DNA of 64,000 nt from positions 11,809-75,808 of the forward strand of contig JBMFQR010000005.1 in assembly GCA_049968515.1 (NCBI GenBank), read 5' to 3'. This document shows, piece by piece, positions 1-10,334 of this stretch. Below the pieces are notes generated by a model. The model did not search any database, was not told where the DNA came from, and saw only the letters and a program-made list of their open reading frames with translations. This DNA comes from Brevinematia bacterium (lineage in GTDB: Bacteria > Spirochaetota > Brevinematia > Brevinematales > JAOACQ01). The stretch's first letter is position 1. Each line of letters begins with the position of its first letter. Both the position numbers and the translations under genes were made by a program.

Positions 1-41
1 CAGAGGACAGTCTGTGAGAAATAAGTTAAGATAGACTTTTA
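1..41 (+). ncRNA. Partial (window-truncated) 3' module of the same structured element found at 20530-20921; hairpin AGUCUGU(9-15)/AUAGACU(31-37) followed by UUUA
   Basis: nt 1-16 match the minus strand of 20578-20593 at 14/16. nt 17-41 match the minus strand of 20529-20553 at 23/25. Both copies are in sense orientation directly upstream of a gene. Confidence 0.4.
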
Positions 42-54
42 ACAAGGAGTTTCT

Positions 55-1461
55 ATGGAAAAAGAGAAAAAGTCTGAGTTTATTTATGAAAGAAAGAATG
101 CCTGGATTGGTCAAACAGAAAGAGAAAAAAAGGTCGTGTTCGATTTCGCAGAGAATTATAAGAATTTTCTTAATCTCTGCAAGACTGAAAGAGAGTGCGT
201 GTATTTCATAGAAAAAGAGGCAAAAAAATATGGGTTTAATTATATAGAAAAGGCAAAGGGTAAACCGGGAGAGAAAATCATTCTGAAAAACTCTGAGAAG
301 AACATAATACTTGCAGTTCTTGGGAAAGAATCAATGACTGAGGGAATAAACATTGTTGTCTCTCATATTGACGCACCGAGACTTGACTTAAAGCCTCTCC
401 CACTTGTAGAGGAAAGCGATATGGCATTGTTTAAAACACACTACTATGGGGGAATAAAGAAATATCACTGGGTGAATATGCCTCTTTCTCTTCATGGTGT
501 CGTAATAAAAAGCAATGGAGAGAAAATAAATCTTGTCATAGGTGAGGACGAAGGCGATCCAGTGTTTGTCATAAATGATATTTTACCGCATCTCTCCAAG
601 AAGATTCAGGACGAGAAGAAAATTTCTGAGGCGATAGAGGGAGAAAATCTGAGGCTTCTTGTAGGTAATATGCCTGTGGACGACAAAGAAATAGAGCAGA
701 AGGTAAAAGAATATGTATTAAGAAAATTGAATGAGCTTTACGGATTGAAGGAAGAGGATTTTATCTCTGCCGAACTTGAGGTTGTACCAGCTTTTAAGGC
801 AAAGGATGTCGGTATAGATAGAAGTATGATTGGTGCATATGGTCAGGATGACAGAATCTGCAGCTATGCAAACTTCCGTGCGATTCTTGACTTTGAAGGT
901 ATCCCGGATAAGACAATTCTGAGCGTTCATATAGAAAAGGAGGAAATTGGTTCTTATGGGGTAAGTGGCATAAGATCAAAATTCCTCTATAACTCCATTG
1001 GAAGAATCTACTGCCTTGAAAAGCCAGACTATAAGGAAAGAGAACTGAGAGAATTACTTACCAGTTCTTACTGCATTTCTGCTGATGTAGGGGCTGTTAT
1101 TAATCCAATGTTCAAGGAGGTCTTTGATCCTATCAATTCTCCTAGAATGGGCTATGGTGTTTTGCTTGAAAAATACACCGGTTCAAGAGGCAAATATGGT
1201 GCAAGTGATGCTTCTGCAGAACTGATGGGAAAGGTAAGAAAGATTTACAATGACAACAACGTTATCTGGCAACCTTCACTTCTTGGCAAGGTGGATGAAG
1301 GGGGCGGTGGCACGGTTGCACTCTTCCTTGCAGACTTAGGGATAGCTGTTGTAGACTCAGGTGTAGGACTTGACGGAATGCACTCTCCTTTTGAGGTTTC
1401 AAGTAAGGCAGATCTTTATCAAGCCTACAAAGGCTATAAGGCATTCTTCAAAAATGCATAG
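55..1461 (+). CDS. M18-family aminopeptidase (aspartyl-aminopeptidase-like)
   Basis: 468-aa ORF with AAGGAG RBS at 44-49. Motifs VVSHIDAPRLDLKP and C-terminal GGGGT...GLDGMHSPFE resemble M18 zinc aminopeptidases. Confidence 0.8.
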   Translation: MEKEKKSEFIYERKNAWIGQTEREKKVVFDFAENYKNFLNLCKTERECVYFIEKEAKKYGFNYIEKAKGKPGEKIILKNSEKNIILAVLGKESMTEGINIVVSHIDAPRLDLKPLPLVEESDMALFKTHYYGGIKKYHWVNMPLSLHGVVIKSNGEKINLVIGEDEGDPVFVINDILPHLSKKIQDEKKISEAIEGENLRLLVGNMPVDDKEIEQKVKEYVLRKLNELYGLKEEDFISAELEVVPAFKAKDVGIDRSMIGAYGQDDRICSYANFRAILDFEGIPDKTILSVHIEKEEIGSYGVSGIRSKFLYNSIGRIYCLEKPDYKERELRELLTSSYCISADVGAVINPMFKEVFDPINSPRMGYGVLLEKYTGSRGKYGASDASAELMGKVRKIYNDNNVIWQPSLLGKVDEGGGGTVALFLADLGIAVVDSGVGLDGMHSPFEVSSKADLYQAYKGYKAFFKNA

Positions 1462-1562
1462 GTTTATGCCGGCAGAGTTTCCCGACATAAATCTAATCAA
1501 ATTCAATTCTCAAGGAATTGCATAAAATTAAAGAATAATTTATAATTTGAACAGGTGTAAGT

Positions 1563-3032
1563 ATGAAAAAAGTAGTTTCTGTGCTTATAGATAATAATGA
1601 TTTTCTTAAACCTGAAGAAAAGGAATTTTTTCTCGATTTGACTCTTAATAAGATAAGATCATTAACTGACGAGGTTTATTATACCGGGCGGGAAGAACCG
1701 AATTCAGAACTCAGCTTAAAAAAGCTTGATTTCTCAACATCTTATGAATTTCTTGATTTTTTAAGAAAGGACTTAAAGGACACAAATGTTATTATTTTGA
1801 ATGCATTTTCTCCCCTTTTTGATTTAAGCCAGACTGAAGAGATGCTTTCCCAGCATGAAAAATATGTTTTTGACTATTCATATACTGAAAATTTGCCCGA
1901 AGGATTATTGCCAGAAATAATAAGCACATCATTCATTGAATACTTTATCCAGTATATTCCAGAAAATCTCCCCCTTTTCAAGAAAACATTCAGAGAACTT
2001 ATTGAGAGAGAAATAAGTTCCTATGATTGCAATATTTTCATCACAGAGAGTGAGATTTCAAAGTATCGGATTGATTTTGTGCCTTCGAATCCAAACAATC
2101 TTTATGTCATAAAAAACATTATAGAAAATTATAAAGAAAATCTTTCCATTCAACAAATCGAAAGAATAATATCTGAAAATCCAGCCATTATAAGATATAG
2201 ACCAACGTATTATGAAATAGAACTTACGACTGAAAGAGAGAAGGGACGTATGTTTGCCTCTTCCCTTTTAAAAAGGGAAGGCTTTATGAAATTAGACCAC
2301 TTTAAGAATATACTTAATGAGATAAAAAAGTTTTCATTTAATCCGGTTGTATCACTCGGGCTTTTTGGAGAGCCATTTCTTCATCCAGAGATTGATAGAA
2401 TAATAGAGATAATTTCGGCCTATCCGGAAATAAGCTTTCTTTTTGAAAGTAGAGGGATATTCTTAAATACCAACTCAATTAAAGAAGCCTTAAAGCTTAA
2501 AAATGCAAGCATAATTTTTGACATAAGTTTTGAAGATGTGGAAAAATTTAAAGCTTACAAGACTCCATTAAATCCTGTATTACCTGAAAAATCCTTTATT
2601 ACACTTGAGAATGAAATTAAAAGCCTTCCTGAAAGGGAGAAAATTTACATTCAATTCACAAGAAACATTTATAATGAAGAGGATTTAATTAAATTTTACG
2701 AAAGATGGAAGGATTTTAAAGAAAGGATTATAATAAAAAAACTTGACACATTTGGTGGAAATCTTTCCAATCTTAGAGTTGTTGATTTATCTCCAGTAAA
2801 AAGATTTTTCTGTTATCACTTGAAAAATGATATGGTTATATATTATAATGGAGATGTTCCTATTTGCCGAGAGGATATTAATGGTGAAAATTTGATGGGA
2901 AATATCTTTAAAGATGGCATCGAAAAATGTTGGAATGAGATGAAAAAATTTTATCTTTCACATTTTAAGAATGAGTTTTTACCCGAATGTCTTTGCAAAA
3001 ATTGTGATGACTGGTGGATTTTTAATTTTTAG
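1563..3032 (+). CDS. spiro-SPASM-type protein (radical-SAM-like core without CX3CX2C, C-terminal SPASM Cys cluster)
   Basis: 489 aa. Has a GEPFLHPE glycine-rich motif like radical SAM enzymes but only one Cys in the first ~400 aa. Six to seven Cys lie in the last 80 aa (FFCYH...PICRED...KCW...ECLCKNC). Confidence 0.65.
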   Translation: MKKVVSVLIDNNDFLKPEEKEFFLDLTLNKIRSLTDEVYYTGREEPNSELSLKKLDFSTSYEFLDFLRKDLKDTNVIILNAFSPLFDLSQTEEMLSQHEKYVFDYSYTENLPEGLLPEIISTSFIEYFIQYIPENLPLFKKTFRELIEREISSYDCNIFITESEISKYRIDFVPSNPNNLYVIKNIIENYKENLSIQQIERIISENPAIIRYRPTYYEIELTTEREKGRMFASSLLKREGFMKLDHFKNILNEIKKFSFNPVVSLGLFGEPFLHPEIDRIIEIISAYPEISFLFESRGIFLNTNSIKEALKLKNASIIFDISFEDVEKFKAYKTPLNPVLPEKSFITLENEIKSLPEREKIYIQFTRNIYNEEDLIKFYERWKDFKERIIIKKLDTFGGNLSNLRVVDLSPVKRFFCYHLKNDMVIYYNGDVPICREDINGENLMGNIFKDGIEKCWNEMKKFYLSHFKNEFLPECLCKNCDDWWIFNF

Positions 3033-3042
3033 GAGTTTGTCT

Positions 3043-4089
3043 ATGTATAGAGTTGCATATATGAAAACATTTTTTGACAATCTTGTCTTTCCATATATTG
3101 TCCCGGAAGAGCTTGAAGTTGAAGAGGGAAAGATGTATCTTATAAACACCAAGTTTGGTGAAGACATAGGTCTTGCAAAGTCCGGAATTAAACATATCTC
3201 CCTCGAACAGTTTCCTCTGAAGAAACCACAGAACCATCAAAATCAGGAAGAAAGCGAGGTGAATAATAACGAAACATTTCTTAAAAATGCCAACATTGAG
3301 CTATCAGAACTTGAAACCATAATCAAGGATGAACATTCATCAGACACACTTGTTATTGAGGAAGGAATAGAAAAGAAGATAGAGAGCTTCAAAGTTATCA
3401 GACCGGCAACAACTGAAGAGGTGGCTGAATGGAAAAAGCTAAATAGCGATAGGGAAAAGGCATTTAAAGACACACAGCGTATTATTGCTGAATTTAACCT
3501 GCCGATGAAACTTATAAGCGTTTATTTTCTCTATCAGAAGAAGAAGGTTATTTTTAACTTTACTGCTGAAAACAGAGTAGACTTCAGAGAACTTGTAAAG
3601 AAGCTTGCTTCTATCTATAAAACGAGGATAGAAATGCGGCAGATTGGTGTGAGAGATGCCTCAAAGATACTTCCGAATTATGGGGTATGTGGACTTCAAT
3701 CTTGCTGCACAAGATCAAATTGTCATATAACCTCCATTTATCTCAAGATGGCAAAGGATCAGGGGTTTGCTGTGAATTCAAGCAAACTTACAGGAGTATG
3801 TGGTAGACTGATGTGCTGTCTGGCATTTGAAGCTGATTTCTACTTTGAGGAAAGACAGAAATATCCACCTCTAAACTCAGTCGTAAAGGAAGGGACAAAG
3901 TCTTACAGGATAACCTCTCACAACTTAATTACCGGAGATGTTTATGGAGAGGATGAAAACCATCATATAAAAAAATTTTCTGTTAATAATTTAAAGTTTT
4001 TATCTGAGTCAGAAAATTCCGAAAAGATATATGTTCACCCGGTTGAAAACAATCAACACACAGGCGGTGGAGAGATAAATGCCGTATGA
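3043..4089 (+). CDS. PSP1 domain protein (YaaT/RicT-like)
   Basis: Internal ATG at 3043 preceded by AGGAG at 3031-3035. PSP1 C-terminal block: NFTAENRVDFRELVKKLASIYKTRIEMRQIGVRD plus a Cys-rich segment. Confidence 0.8.
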   Translation: MYRVAYMKTFFDNLVFPYIVPEELEVEEGKMYLINTKFGEDIGLAKSGIKHISLEQFPLKKPQNHQNQEESEVNNNETFLKNANIELSELETIIKDEHSSDTLVIEEGIEKKIESFKVIRPATTEEVAEWKKLNSDREKAFKDTQRIIAEFNLPMKLISVYFLYQKKKVIFNFTAENRVDFRELVKKLASIYKTRIEMRQIGVRDASKILPNYGVCGLQSCCTRSNCHITSIYLKMAKDQGFAVNSSKLTGVCGRLMCCLAFEADFYFEERQKYPPLNSVVKEGTKSYRITSHNLITGDVYGEDENHHIKKFSVNNLKFLSESENSEKIYVHPVENNQHTGGGEINAV

Positions 4090-5866
4090 TGAGTATGTGG
4101 TAAAAAAGGCAAAGGAAAAAGGGCTCTTTCAGGAAAAGGTTTTTGATCCAAATGTATTAAAGCTTTCAGAAGAAGAAAAGGAAAAAATAAAAAGAGAGGC
4201 AATTAAAACTGTACAGGAGCTTGAACAAAAACCAGAAGAGATCCCTCAGCAAAGGATAACACCGCTTGAAGAAAGGCATATTGAGGTTAAGCTTGGTTTC
4301 ATAGAGAAAATCTGGGTTTTTATCCTCTCATTCTTTGGTATAACATCTCTCGAAGAGTATAAGATAAGCAAATCAATTCACATTATAGAAAAGCAACTTG
4401 CAAAGATAAAACCATCAATATACAATAGAAACTCAAAAAAGCTAACATCATTTTTTGCATACAGAATTTACAATCTTTATACACAGCTTGGTCTGATCAG
4501 AAGGCTAATTGAAAACACATTTAATTCTCCAGAGTGGGCAAATCCCAATCAATTAAGAAAAACCGGTGTTGAATTATTCTTTGAAAAACTCTCTATGATA
4601 AATTCATCTGTCGTGGATGAAAAGTTCTCGGTTCAGAATATTCAAAGGGTTTTAAATGAGTTTGGGAGCTTAAAACTTGCATGGGAAGGAATAGAAGAAG
4701 CAATAAAAAAACATTTTGAAACCTTTACTCCTGAAAATATTAAAATGGCAAACACCCTATATACAAATTTTATGTACATAAAGAGACTTGCAGAGTACGA
4801 TTTTTCCCAGCTTTTAAAGAGATTTGACCCCGATTTTTCTTTAAAAACAACCCCAAATTTTGTTGATGTTACTGGTGAAGCACTTGTTTCATACTTAATG
4901 GAACTGGAAAGCATTTTCTTAGAGATTGATTTTTCATTAAACAATCTTGACTTAATAAAAAAGCTTGAAGATGTTGAAAAGTATCTTCTTATGTCAACCA
5001 CTGAGGCTGAAATTCCCGATGAGGAATTAACGGATGAAGAAGTAATTAACCTGTTAACAAACCTGAAAAATGTAGCATACGAAAATAGCCTCACAAATCT
5101 TATAAGAGTATTAAAGAGAGAGCCAGCATATACTCCCGTTGTTCTTCACACCAACTTTGATTTATTCAAGGTATATTGTGATATCTTCTACAGGAGAATG
5201 AAATATATAACTGAAATGACATTCAAGGAGCGTAAACTGAAAGAAATTGAGGGCTATATAAACAAGGTTTTCAGTGTGATTGAATGGGTTGGTGTTTATA
5301 ACCCTGAAGTTTCTGCAAATCTTGAAGAAAGAGGATTTGGAAGCTTTGATTATGTATATCATATTGGTACGATAAATACATTTTTGATTAACCATTTCAG
5401 AACAAGCATAAAAAACTTTTTAAGTCTTGTTCTTTTAAGTGGCTTTTTCCTTGACAAATTTTTCCAAAAGACCTTATCAGAGCTTACCTATGATCTTGAA
5501 AAGTTTGAAGAGAAGTTCAATGATTTTTATATGGATATGCAGAAAGATGGAAATTCAGCAAAGAAGGTAATGGGTTATCTCGAAAGGAGAGACATTACCG
5601 TGGACATTAAAAAAACTATTGAAAGACTTATAACAAGCATTAATACAACCGCCAGAGAATTATTCAATGAATTTTATAATATTTTCATTGTTCTTGAGGA
5701 TTGCATTGAAAAACTGAAGAAAGATATAGAACTACATCCCCCAAAATACCTGAGGAATATAAGATCAATTGGTGGTAGCAGAAATCCAAAAATACTTTCG
5801 ACACTCATATCGGATTATGAAAATTTGCATTCACTTAAAGAAGTCATTTCATTCCTAAAAGATTAA
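4079..5866 (+). CDS. Hypothetical protein, predicted helical, one hydrophobic segment near residue 75
   Basis: 595-aa uninterrupted ORF overlapping the PSP1 stop by 11 nt (operon-like). No family recognised. Confidence 0.55.
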   Translation: MPYDEYVVKKAKEKGLFQEKVFDPNVLKLSEEEKEKIKREAIKTVQELEQKPEEIPQQRITPLEERHIEVKLGFIEKIWVFILSFFGITSLEEYKISKSIHIIEKQLAKIKPSIYNRNSKKLTSFFAYRIYNLYTQLGLIRRLIENTFNSPEWANPNQLRKTGVELFFEKLSMINSSVVDEKFSVQNIQRVLNEFGSLKLAWEGIEEAIKKHFETFTPENIKMANTLYTNFMYIKRLAEYDFSQLLKRFDPDFSLKTTPNFVDVTGEALVSYLMELESIFLEIDFSLNNLDLIKKLEDVEKYLLMSTTEAEIPDEELTDEEVINLLTNLKNVAYENSLTNLIRVLKREPAYTPVVLHTNFDLFKVYCDIFYRRMKYITEMTFKERKLKEIEGYINKVFSVIEWVGVYNPEVSANLEERGFGSFDYVYHIGTINTFLINHFRTSIKNFLSLVLLSGFFLDKFFQKTLSELTYDLEKFEEKFNDFYMDMQKDGNSAKKVMGYLERRDITVDIKKTIERLITSINTTARELFNEFYNIFIVLEDCIEKLKKDIELHPPKYLRNIRSIGGSRNPKILSTLISDYENLHSLKEVISFLKD

Positions 5867-5872
5867 AAGAAA

Positions 5873-6979
5873 ATGAGAGCAATTCTTATTGCATTGAGAA
5901 ATTTATATACTGACTTTTATGAAGTCAAAGACTCTCTTCTTGAGCTTGAAAAACTTGCCAAAACACTGGACATAGAGGTGGTGGAGAAGATAATTCAGTC
6001 AAGAAAAGACCCTGACCCTAAATATTTTATAGGTGCTGGTAAGCTAAAAGAAATACAATCGAAATATAAAGAAATAGAAGAGCTTTATTTGATATTCAAC
6101 AATGAGATTTCACCTGTTCAGGCAAGAAATATAGAAAAGGAATCTGGCTTCAAGGTCAAAACAAGAACAGAGATAATTCTTGATATATTTTCACAGCATG
6201 CAAGAAGTCCTTCTTCAAAAATTCAGGTTGAGCTTGCAAAACTTGAGTATCAACTGCCGAGGATTATAGGGAGAGGTACCGAGCTTTCAAGACTCGGTGG
6301 AAGAATAGGAACAAGAGGCCCTGGAGAGCAAAAGCTTGAAATTGAAAGGAGATACATAAGAGACAGAATCCACTCACTGAAAGACAAACTTAAAGAGATT
6401 GAAAGAGAAAAAAACACTCAGAGAAAAAAAAGGCTAAAAAATAGCTTCAAGATTGCAATTGCTGGCTACACAAATTCAGGCAAATCTTCCCTGCTTAAAC
6501 TGCTTACAAAGGCAAATGTACAAATAGAAGACAGACTTTTTTCCACACTTGACACAACGACAAAGAGATTATGGCTGGGTGATGGGATAAATGTTGTTAT
6601 TACCGACACTGTTGGTTTTATAAAGGATATACCTCACTATCTCATTGAAAGTTTTAAGTCCACACTCCTTGATACAGTAAATGCAGATCTAGTTATTCAT
6701 CTTGTGGATGCTTCAGATAGCAATTTCCTTGAAAAAATAAAAGTTGTAGATAATACACTTGAGGAACTTGGTGTCTCAAACGAAAAAGTGTTAATGTGTT
6801 TCAACAAGATAGATATGTTAGATGATGGAAAAATAAATAAACTGAAGGAAACATTCAAAGAAAGCATTTTTATCTCTGCAAAAGAAAATACTGGCATTGA
6901 AAGTTTAAAGGAAAGGATAAAAAAGCATCTACTTTCTTCCAGAACCGGTACTTCCAAAGCCCCCACTTCCCCTTTCTGA
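5873..6979 (+). CDS. hflX: GTPase HflX
   Basis: N-terminal HflX domain ([27 protein letters not shown]) followed by a G domain ([20 protein letters not shown]). Confidence 0.85.
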   Translation: MRAILIALRNLYTDFYEVKDSLLELEKLAKTLDIEVVEKIIQSRKDPDPKYFIGAGKLKEIQSKYKEIEELYLIFNNEISPVQARNIEKESGFKVKTRTEIILDIFSQHARSPSSKIQVELAKLEYQLPRIIGRGTELSRLGGRIGTRGPGEQKLEIERRYIRDRIHSLKDKLKEIEREKNTQRKKRLKNSFKIAIAGYTNSGKSSLLKLLTKANVQIEDRLFSTLDTTTKRLWLGDGINVVITDTVGFIKDIPHYLIESFKSTLLDTVNADLVIHLVDASDSNFLEKIKVVDNTLEELGVSNEKVLMCFNKIDMLDDGKINKLKETFKESIFISAKENTGIESLKERIKKHLLSSRTGTSKAPTSPF

Positions 6980-7372
6980 TGGGGTAAGTCCATCCACTTC
7001 TAAGAATTCAATTCTCTCATACTTTGAAAGCACCATCTGTGCAATTCTATCATGATTTCTTACAACAAAGTGTTCTTTGCCGAGATTTGCAAGGATTACT
7101 TTTATTTCCCCTCTGTAGTCACTATCTATTGTTCCAGGAGCGTTCGTAAGAATTATTCCCTTTAAAGCCAACCCGCTTCTCGGTCTGATCTGAATTTCAT
7201 AGCCTTCCGGTATCTCAACGGCTATACCGGTGGGAATAAGTGAAATCTGCATTGGCATAATCACAACATCATCATTCAGACAAGCATATATATCAGCACC
7301 TGCTGCTCCAGAAGAATGATATTCTGGAATGATTGCATTCTGAGAAAGCCTTTTAATTTTTACCTTCATCAT
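6929..7372 (-). CDS. dut: dUTP diphosphatase
   Basis: MMKVKIKRL...GAAGADIYA...RSGLALK...[11 protein letters not shown]...[11 protein letters not shown]. Start moved to the ATG pair at 7372/7369 where homology begins. Confidence 0.85.
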   Translation of the reverse strand: MMKVKIKRLSQNAIIPEYHSSGAAGADIYACLNDDVVIMPMQISLIPTGIAVEIPEGYEIQIRPRSGLALKGIILTNAPGTIDSDYRGEIKVILANLGKEHFVVRNHDRIAQMVLSKYERIEFLEVDGLTPSERGSGGFGSTGSGRK

Positions 7373-7883
7373 TTGCTTTTTCCATATATGGCAATAAAAT
7401 TTCCTCATACTGCGAGAAATTCCTGTAACCAACTATCTTTCCTACCAGCTGTCCCTTATGATTTATAACAAATGAGGTTGGTATGGCTGAAATACCACCA
7501 TAACCTGCAATAATTTCCTCAGTTGCCATTACAACTGGATAGACAATCTGTAGCTTGTTATAAAAATCTTTCACAACATCAACTCCTTCTTGATCCACAG
7601 AAACACCAATTATTACAAGTGAGTTTGAATATTTAGTCTGAAGTTTGTTTAAGTCTGGAATTTCAGCTTTGCAGGGTGGACACCACGTAGCCCAGAAATT
7701 CAGCAAAACAACCCTTCCCCTGAATGAACTTAATTCTATATTCTTACCTGATATATCAGTTGTAGAGAAATTATATGCCAGAACAGCATCCTTTTGTGAC
7801 TTTTCAGAAGCCTGTCGGTCATTCTTTTTATTGCAGGAAAATATAAGCATGATCAGAAGAAGATTTGAAATTAAAATTCTCAT
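7353..7883 (-). CDS. TlpA/redoxin-family thiol-disulfide oxidoreductase lipoprotein
   Basis: Signal peptide with lipobox LIFSC. Thioredoxin active site [14 protein letters not shown]-like -10 and AGGAGG RBS upstream. Confidence 0.8.
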   Translation of the reverse strand: MRILISNLLLIMLIFSCNKKNDRQASEKSQKDAVLAYNFSTTDISGKNIELSSFRGRVVLLNFWATWCPPCKAEIPDLNKLQTKYSNSLVIIGVSVDQEGVDVVKDFYNKLQIVYPVVMATEEIIAGYGGISAIPTSFVINHKGQLVGKIVGYRNFSQYEEILLPYMEKANDEGKN

Positions 7884-7999
7884 TATTGTTTCCTCCTGAA
7901 GGGAAATATTATAGACTAAAGATAATTATTTTGCAAAAAATGTCATTCAGGTAAAATTATCGGAAGTAACCAGAAATTCAACCATTGTAATACCTTCAA

Positions 8000-9034
8000 T
8001 TAAATTGAGCCTTTTTCTCTCTGGAGTTGAAGGGCAATTTCTTTAATCATCGAAGAAAGCTTAACCCTTGTCTGATTGTTAAGATATAAAAAAAACAAGC
8101 CATATTCCCTTCTACCTTTTGTGGTAACAAAGCTTTTTGAAATGGAACATTCAAGATTTGAAAAAGAAAAATCTCTATCTCCTATTTTATAGTCAAAGGA
8201 AAGAAGATATACCACATTTTTCTGAAGATTATGGTTCGTGCAAATTTTTGCACCCTCAAAGCTTATGTCGGCTATCTCTACATCATAAGGCTGGGAAATC
8301 TTTGGATTATAAAGGGTTCCAGTCGCATTCTGGAGATTCAATCTTGGATATCTCCTCTCATAGCTAAGGGTAAAATTCTGGGGTCTTTTTAAAACGAGAG
8401 AAACATCTTTTTTCACATTCACGATGGTAGAATACCCTCTCAAAAAATGCTTGCCGACATTGTAATTAATGTAGAGTGGCATTCCCTTGATGAGCTGAAT
8501 ATTTAAACCAGCTGGATATTCGACTTCAATATATCTATCATTTATAGCTATTACCTTTGTGGATATGAGATTATAAACCCCCTCTTTCTGCAAATCAATC
8601 TCAATATTGTATCCCTTGAGTAACGGAAAGTTTATTTTTACAAACTCTCTTGCTTCTCTATCACTGACTTTGAGCTTATTGACGTTATAGTAGAGATACT
8701 CTGCAAATTTCTCAAAGATTGAGTTTGGAACACCCTCAGCCACAAGTTCTCTTTTCTTAAAATCCGCTATCATATCGTTTAAGATTTTTCTCTGAAATGC
8801 ATTAAGAGTTGAAGCTGACCTGATTATGTCTGGCACGACTGTGGCTATTCTTTTTGCAAGACCAATACTTTTTCCCTTGATGTTTTTCCTGTAATATTCA
8901 TTGATAAGCCAGATTACTAAAACGACTGCCCCGACAACAAGCAGAAAAAGAAGGAAGTCAGCAGAGCTACCACCTCTTTTTCCTACTCCACTGGATATAC
9001 CCCTGAAAAACTCTGATGTTCTATCCATAAGCAC
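8000..9034 (-). CDS. Membrane-anchored PilZ-domain protein (putative c-di-GMP receptor)
   Basis: N-terminal TM helix. C-terminal RRYPRL...DISFEGAKI matches the PilZ RxxxR / D-x-S-x-x-G signature. Confidence 0.55.
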   Translation of the reverse strand: MLMDRTSEFFRGISSGVGKRGGSSADFLLFLLVVGAVVLVIWLINEYYRKNIKGKSIGLAKRIATVVPDIIRSASTLNAFQRKILNDMIADFKKRELVAEGVPNSIFEKFAEYLYYNVNKLKVSDREAREFVKINFPLLKGYNIEIDLQKEGVYNLISTKVIAINDRYIEVEYPAGLNIQLIKGMPLYINYNVGKHFLRGYSTIVNVKKDVSLVLKRPQNFTLSYERRYPRLNLQNATGTLYNPKISQPYDVEIADISFEGAKICTNHNLQKNVVYLLSFDYKIGDRDFSFSNLECSISKSFVTTKGRREYGLFFLYLNNQTRVKLSSMIKEIALQLQREKGSI

Positions 9035-9083
9035 CTCCTTTTTTAAGGTAAGCCCCCTTCAAGGTGCGGATAAAAACACCCCC

Positions 9084-9539
9084 TCACTCAAAGGAAATTT
9101 CATCGGGTAATTCGTTAATGTCCCCCTCTTTATAGGGAAAATACTCTTTTAATATATTTCCAATTTCATAAATGCCAGATACAATTCCTTCTCCAAATAA
9201 ATTCCTTTTGAAATAATCCTCCATCTTCTTTGCTGTTTCAAGCCAGAAATCACTTCCAGCCTTTTCGTAAATTCCCTTATCTCCAATAATTGCAAACTTT
9301 CTATCTTTTATGGAGAAAAAAAACAAAACACCTGTTCTTTCAGCTGTATTTTGCATGCCCAGTGAGTAAAAAACCTTTTCTGCTTCTTTTATTATATCAC
9401 CTTTTATTTTTTTTGCAATATGCAATCTTATTTCTGTTGTAGAAAAACTTTCCACATCTTTTATTGCCTTTACTATTGCCTCCTGTTCTTCTTTTGTGAG
9501 GAAGTATACAGGATTTTTTGACCTTTTACCAGCCTCCAC
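9084..9539 (-). CDS. TPM-domain protein (TLP18.3/Psb32/MOLO-1 phosphatase family)
   Basis: The homologous region starts near KNPVYFLTKEEQ. Likely GTG start at 9539 behind GGAGGAGG; the annotated upstream extension only shadows the Gly-rich tail of the preceding gene. Confidence 0.6.
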   Translation of the reverse strand: MEAGKRSKNPVYFLTKEEQEAIVKAIKDVESFSTTEIRLHIAKKIKGDIIKEAEKVFYSLGMQNTAERTGVLFFFSIKDRKFAIIGDKGIYEKAGSDFWLETAKKMEDYFKRNLFGEGIVSGIYEIGNILKEYFPYKEGDINELPDEISFE

Positions 9540-10290
9540 TTGCACCTCCTCCGCCAAAACTACCGCCTCCGCCAGAAAAATCCCCTCCGGAAAAGCCGCC
9601 ACCTCCTGAAAAACCACCCCACCAGAATGAACCCCTATGTCTTTTTCTTCCATCTAAGGTATAATTCATTCCAAAAATAGCAAGAATAATGCTTGTTATT
9701 GTATAGAAAAAGATTATTAAAAAAATCATAAAAATTAGCATTAGAAAAAACATTACAATTGGACTTGGTTTTTCCTCTTTTTCTTTCTCTTCAAGGTTTG
9801 AAAATTCCTGAGATGTGATTTTGATAATTTTTTCAACCCCCTCAGCTATCCCTTTTTCATAATTTCCACTTTTGAAATGTGGAGCAATATAGTTTCTGAT
9901 AATAGAAGCTGCCAGCGCATCCGTTAATTTATCCTCAAGACCATATCCAACTTCTATTCTTATTTTTCTCTCTTTCATTGCAACGAGAAGAATTATTCCA
10001 TTATCTTTTCCTTTCTGTCCTATCTTCCATTTTTCTGCAAGCTCTATAGAAAAACTCTCAAGATCCTCTCCATCGAGCGATGGTATTGTGACTATTACAA
10101 GCTGATTCTGGGTTTTCTTTTCATAATCCTCAAGTAAGTTTTCCATTTCAATTTTGAACTTATCCCCGAGGATACTGGCAAAGTCATTTACTCTGGCAAC
10201 TGGTTTTTCTGGAATTTTGAAAGAAAATCCATAGGAAAAAAGCAAAAAAATTTGAAGGAATGAAATAAACAAAAAAATTCTCTTTCTCAA
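9526..10290 (-). CDS. TPM-domain protein, YgcG-like, with TM helix and Gly-rich tail
   Basis: Signal peptide, TPM core (VNDFASIL...QLVIVTIPSL...GIILLVAMKERKIRIEVGYGLE), TM segment, GGGGFSGG tail. Confidence 0.75.
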   Translation of the reverse strand: MRKRIFLFISFLQIFLLFSYGFSFKIPEKPVARVNDFASILGDKFKIEMENLLEDYEKKTQNQLVIVTIPSLDGEDLESFSIELAEKWKIGQKGKDNGIILLVAMKERKIRIEVGYGLEDKLTDALAASIIRNYIAPHFKSGNYEKGIAEGVEKIIKITSQEFSNLEEKEKEEKPSPIVMFFLMLIFMIFLIIFFYTITSIILAIFGMNYTLDGRKRHRGSFWWGGFSGGGGFSGGDFSGGGGSFGGGGASGGW

Positions 10291-10334
10291 TTTTTTACTC
10301 CTTAATTTCTACCCACCTGCTGGTATCTAATCTT

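Noticed and set aside
9526-9653. 128-nt overlap between the two TPM-domain ORFs, suggesting a frameshift or fusion
   Set aside because: The overlapping part of the downstream ORF only mirrors the Gly-rich tail codons of the upstream gene. A GTG at 9539 preceded by GGAGGAGG gives a normal-length TPM protein with a 14-nt overlap.
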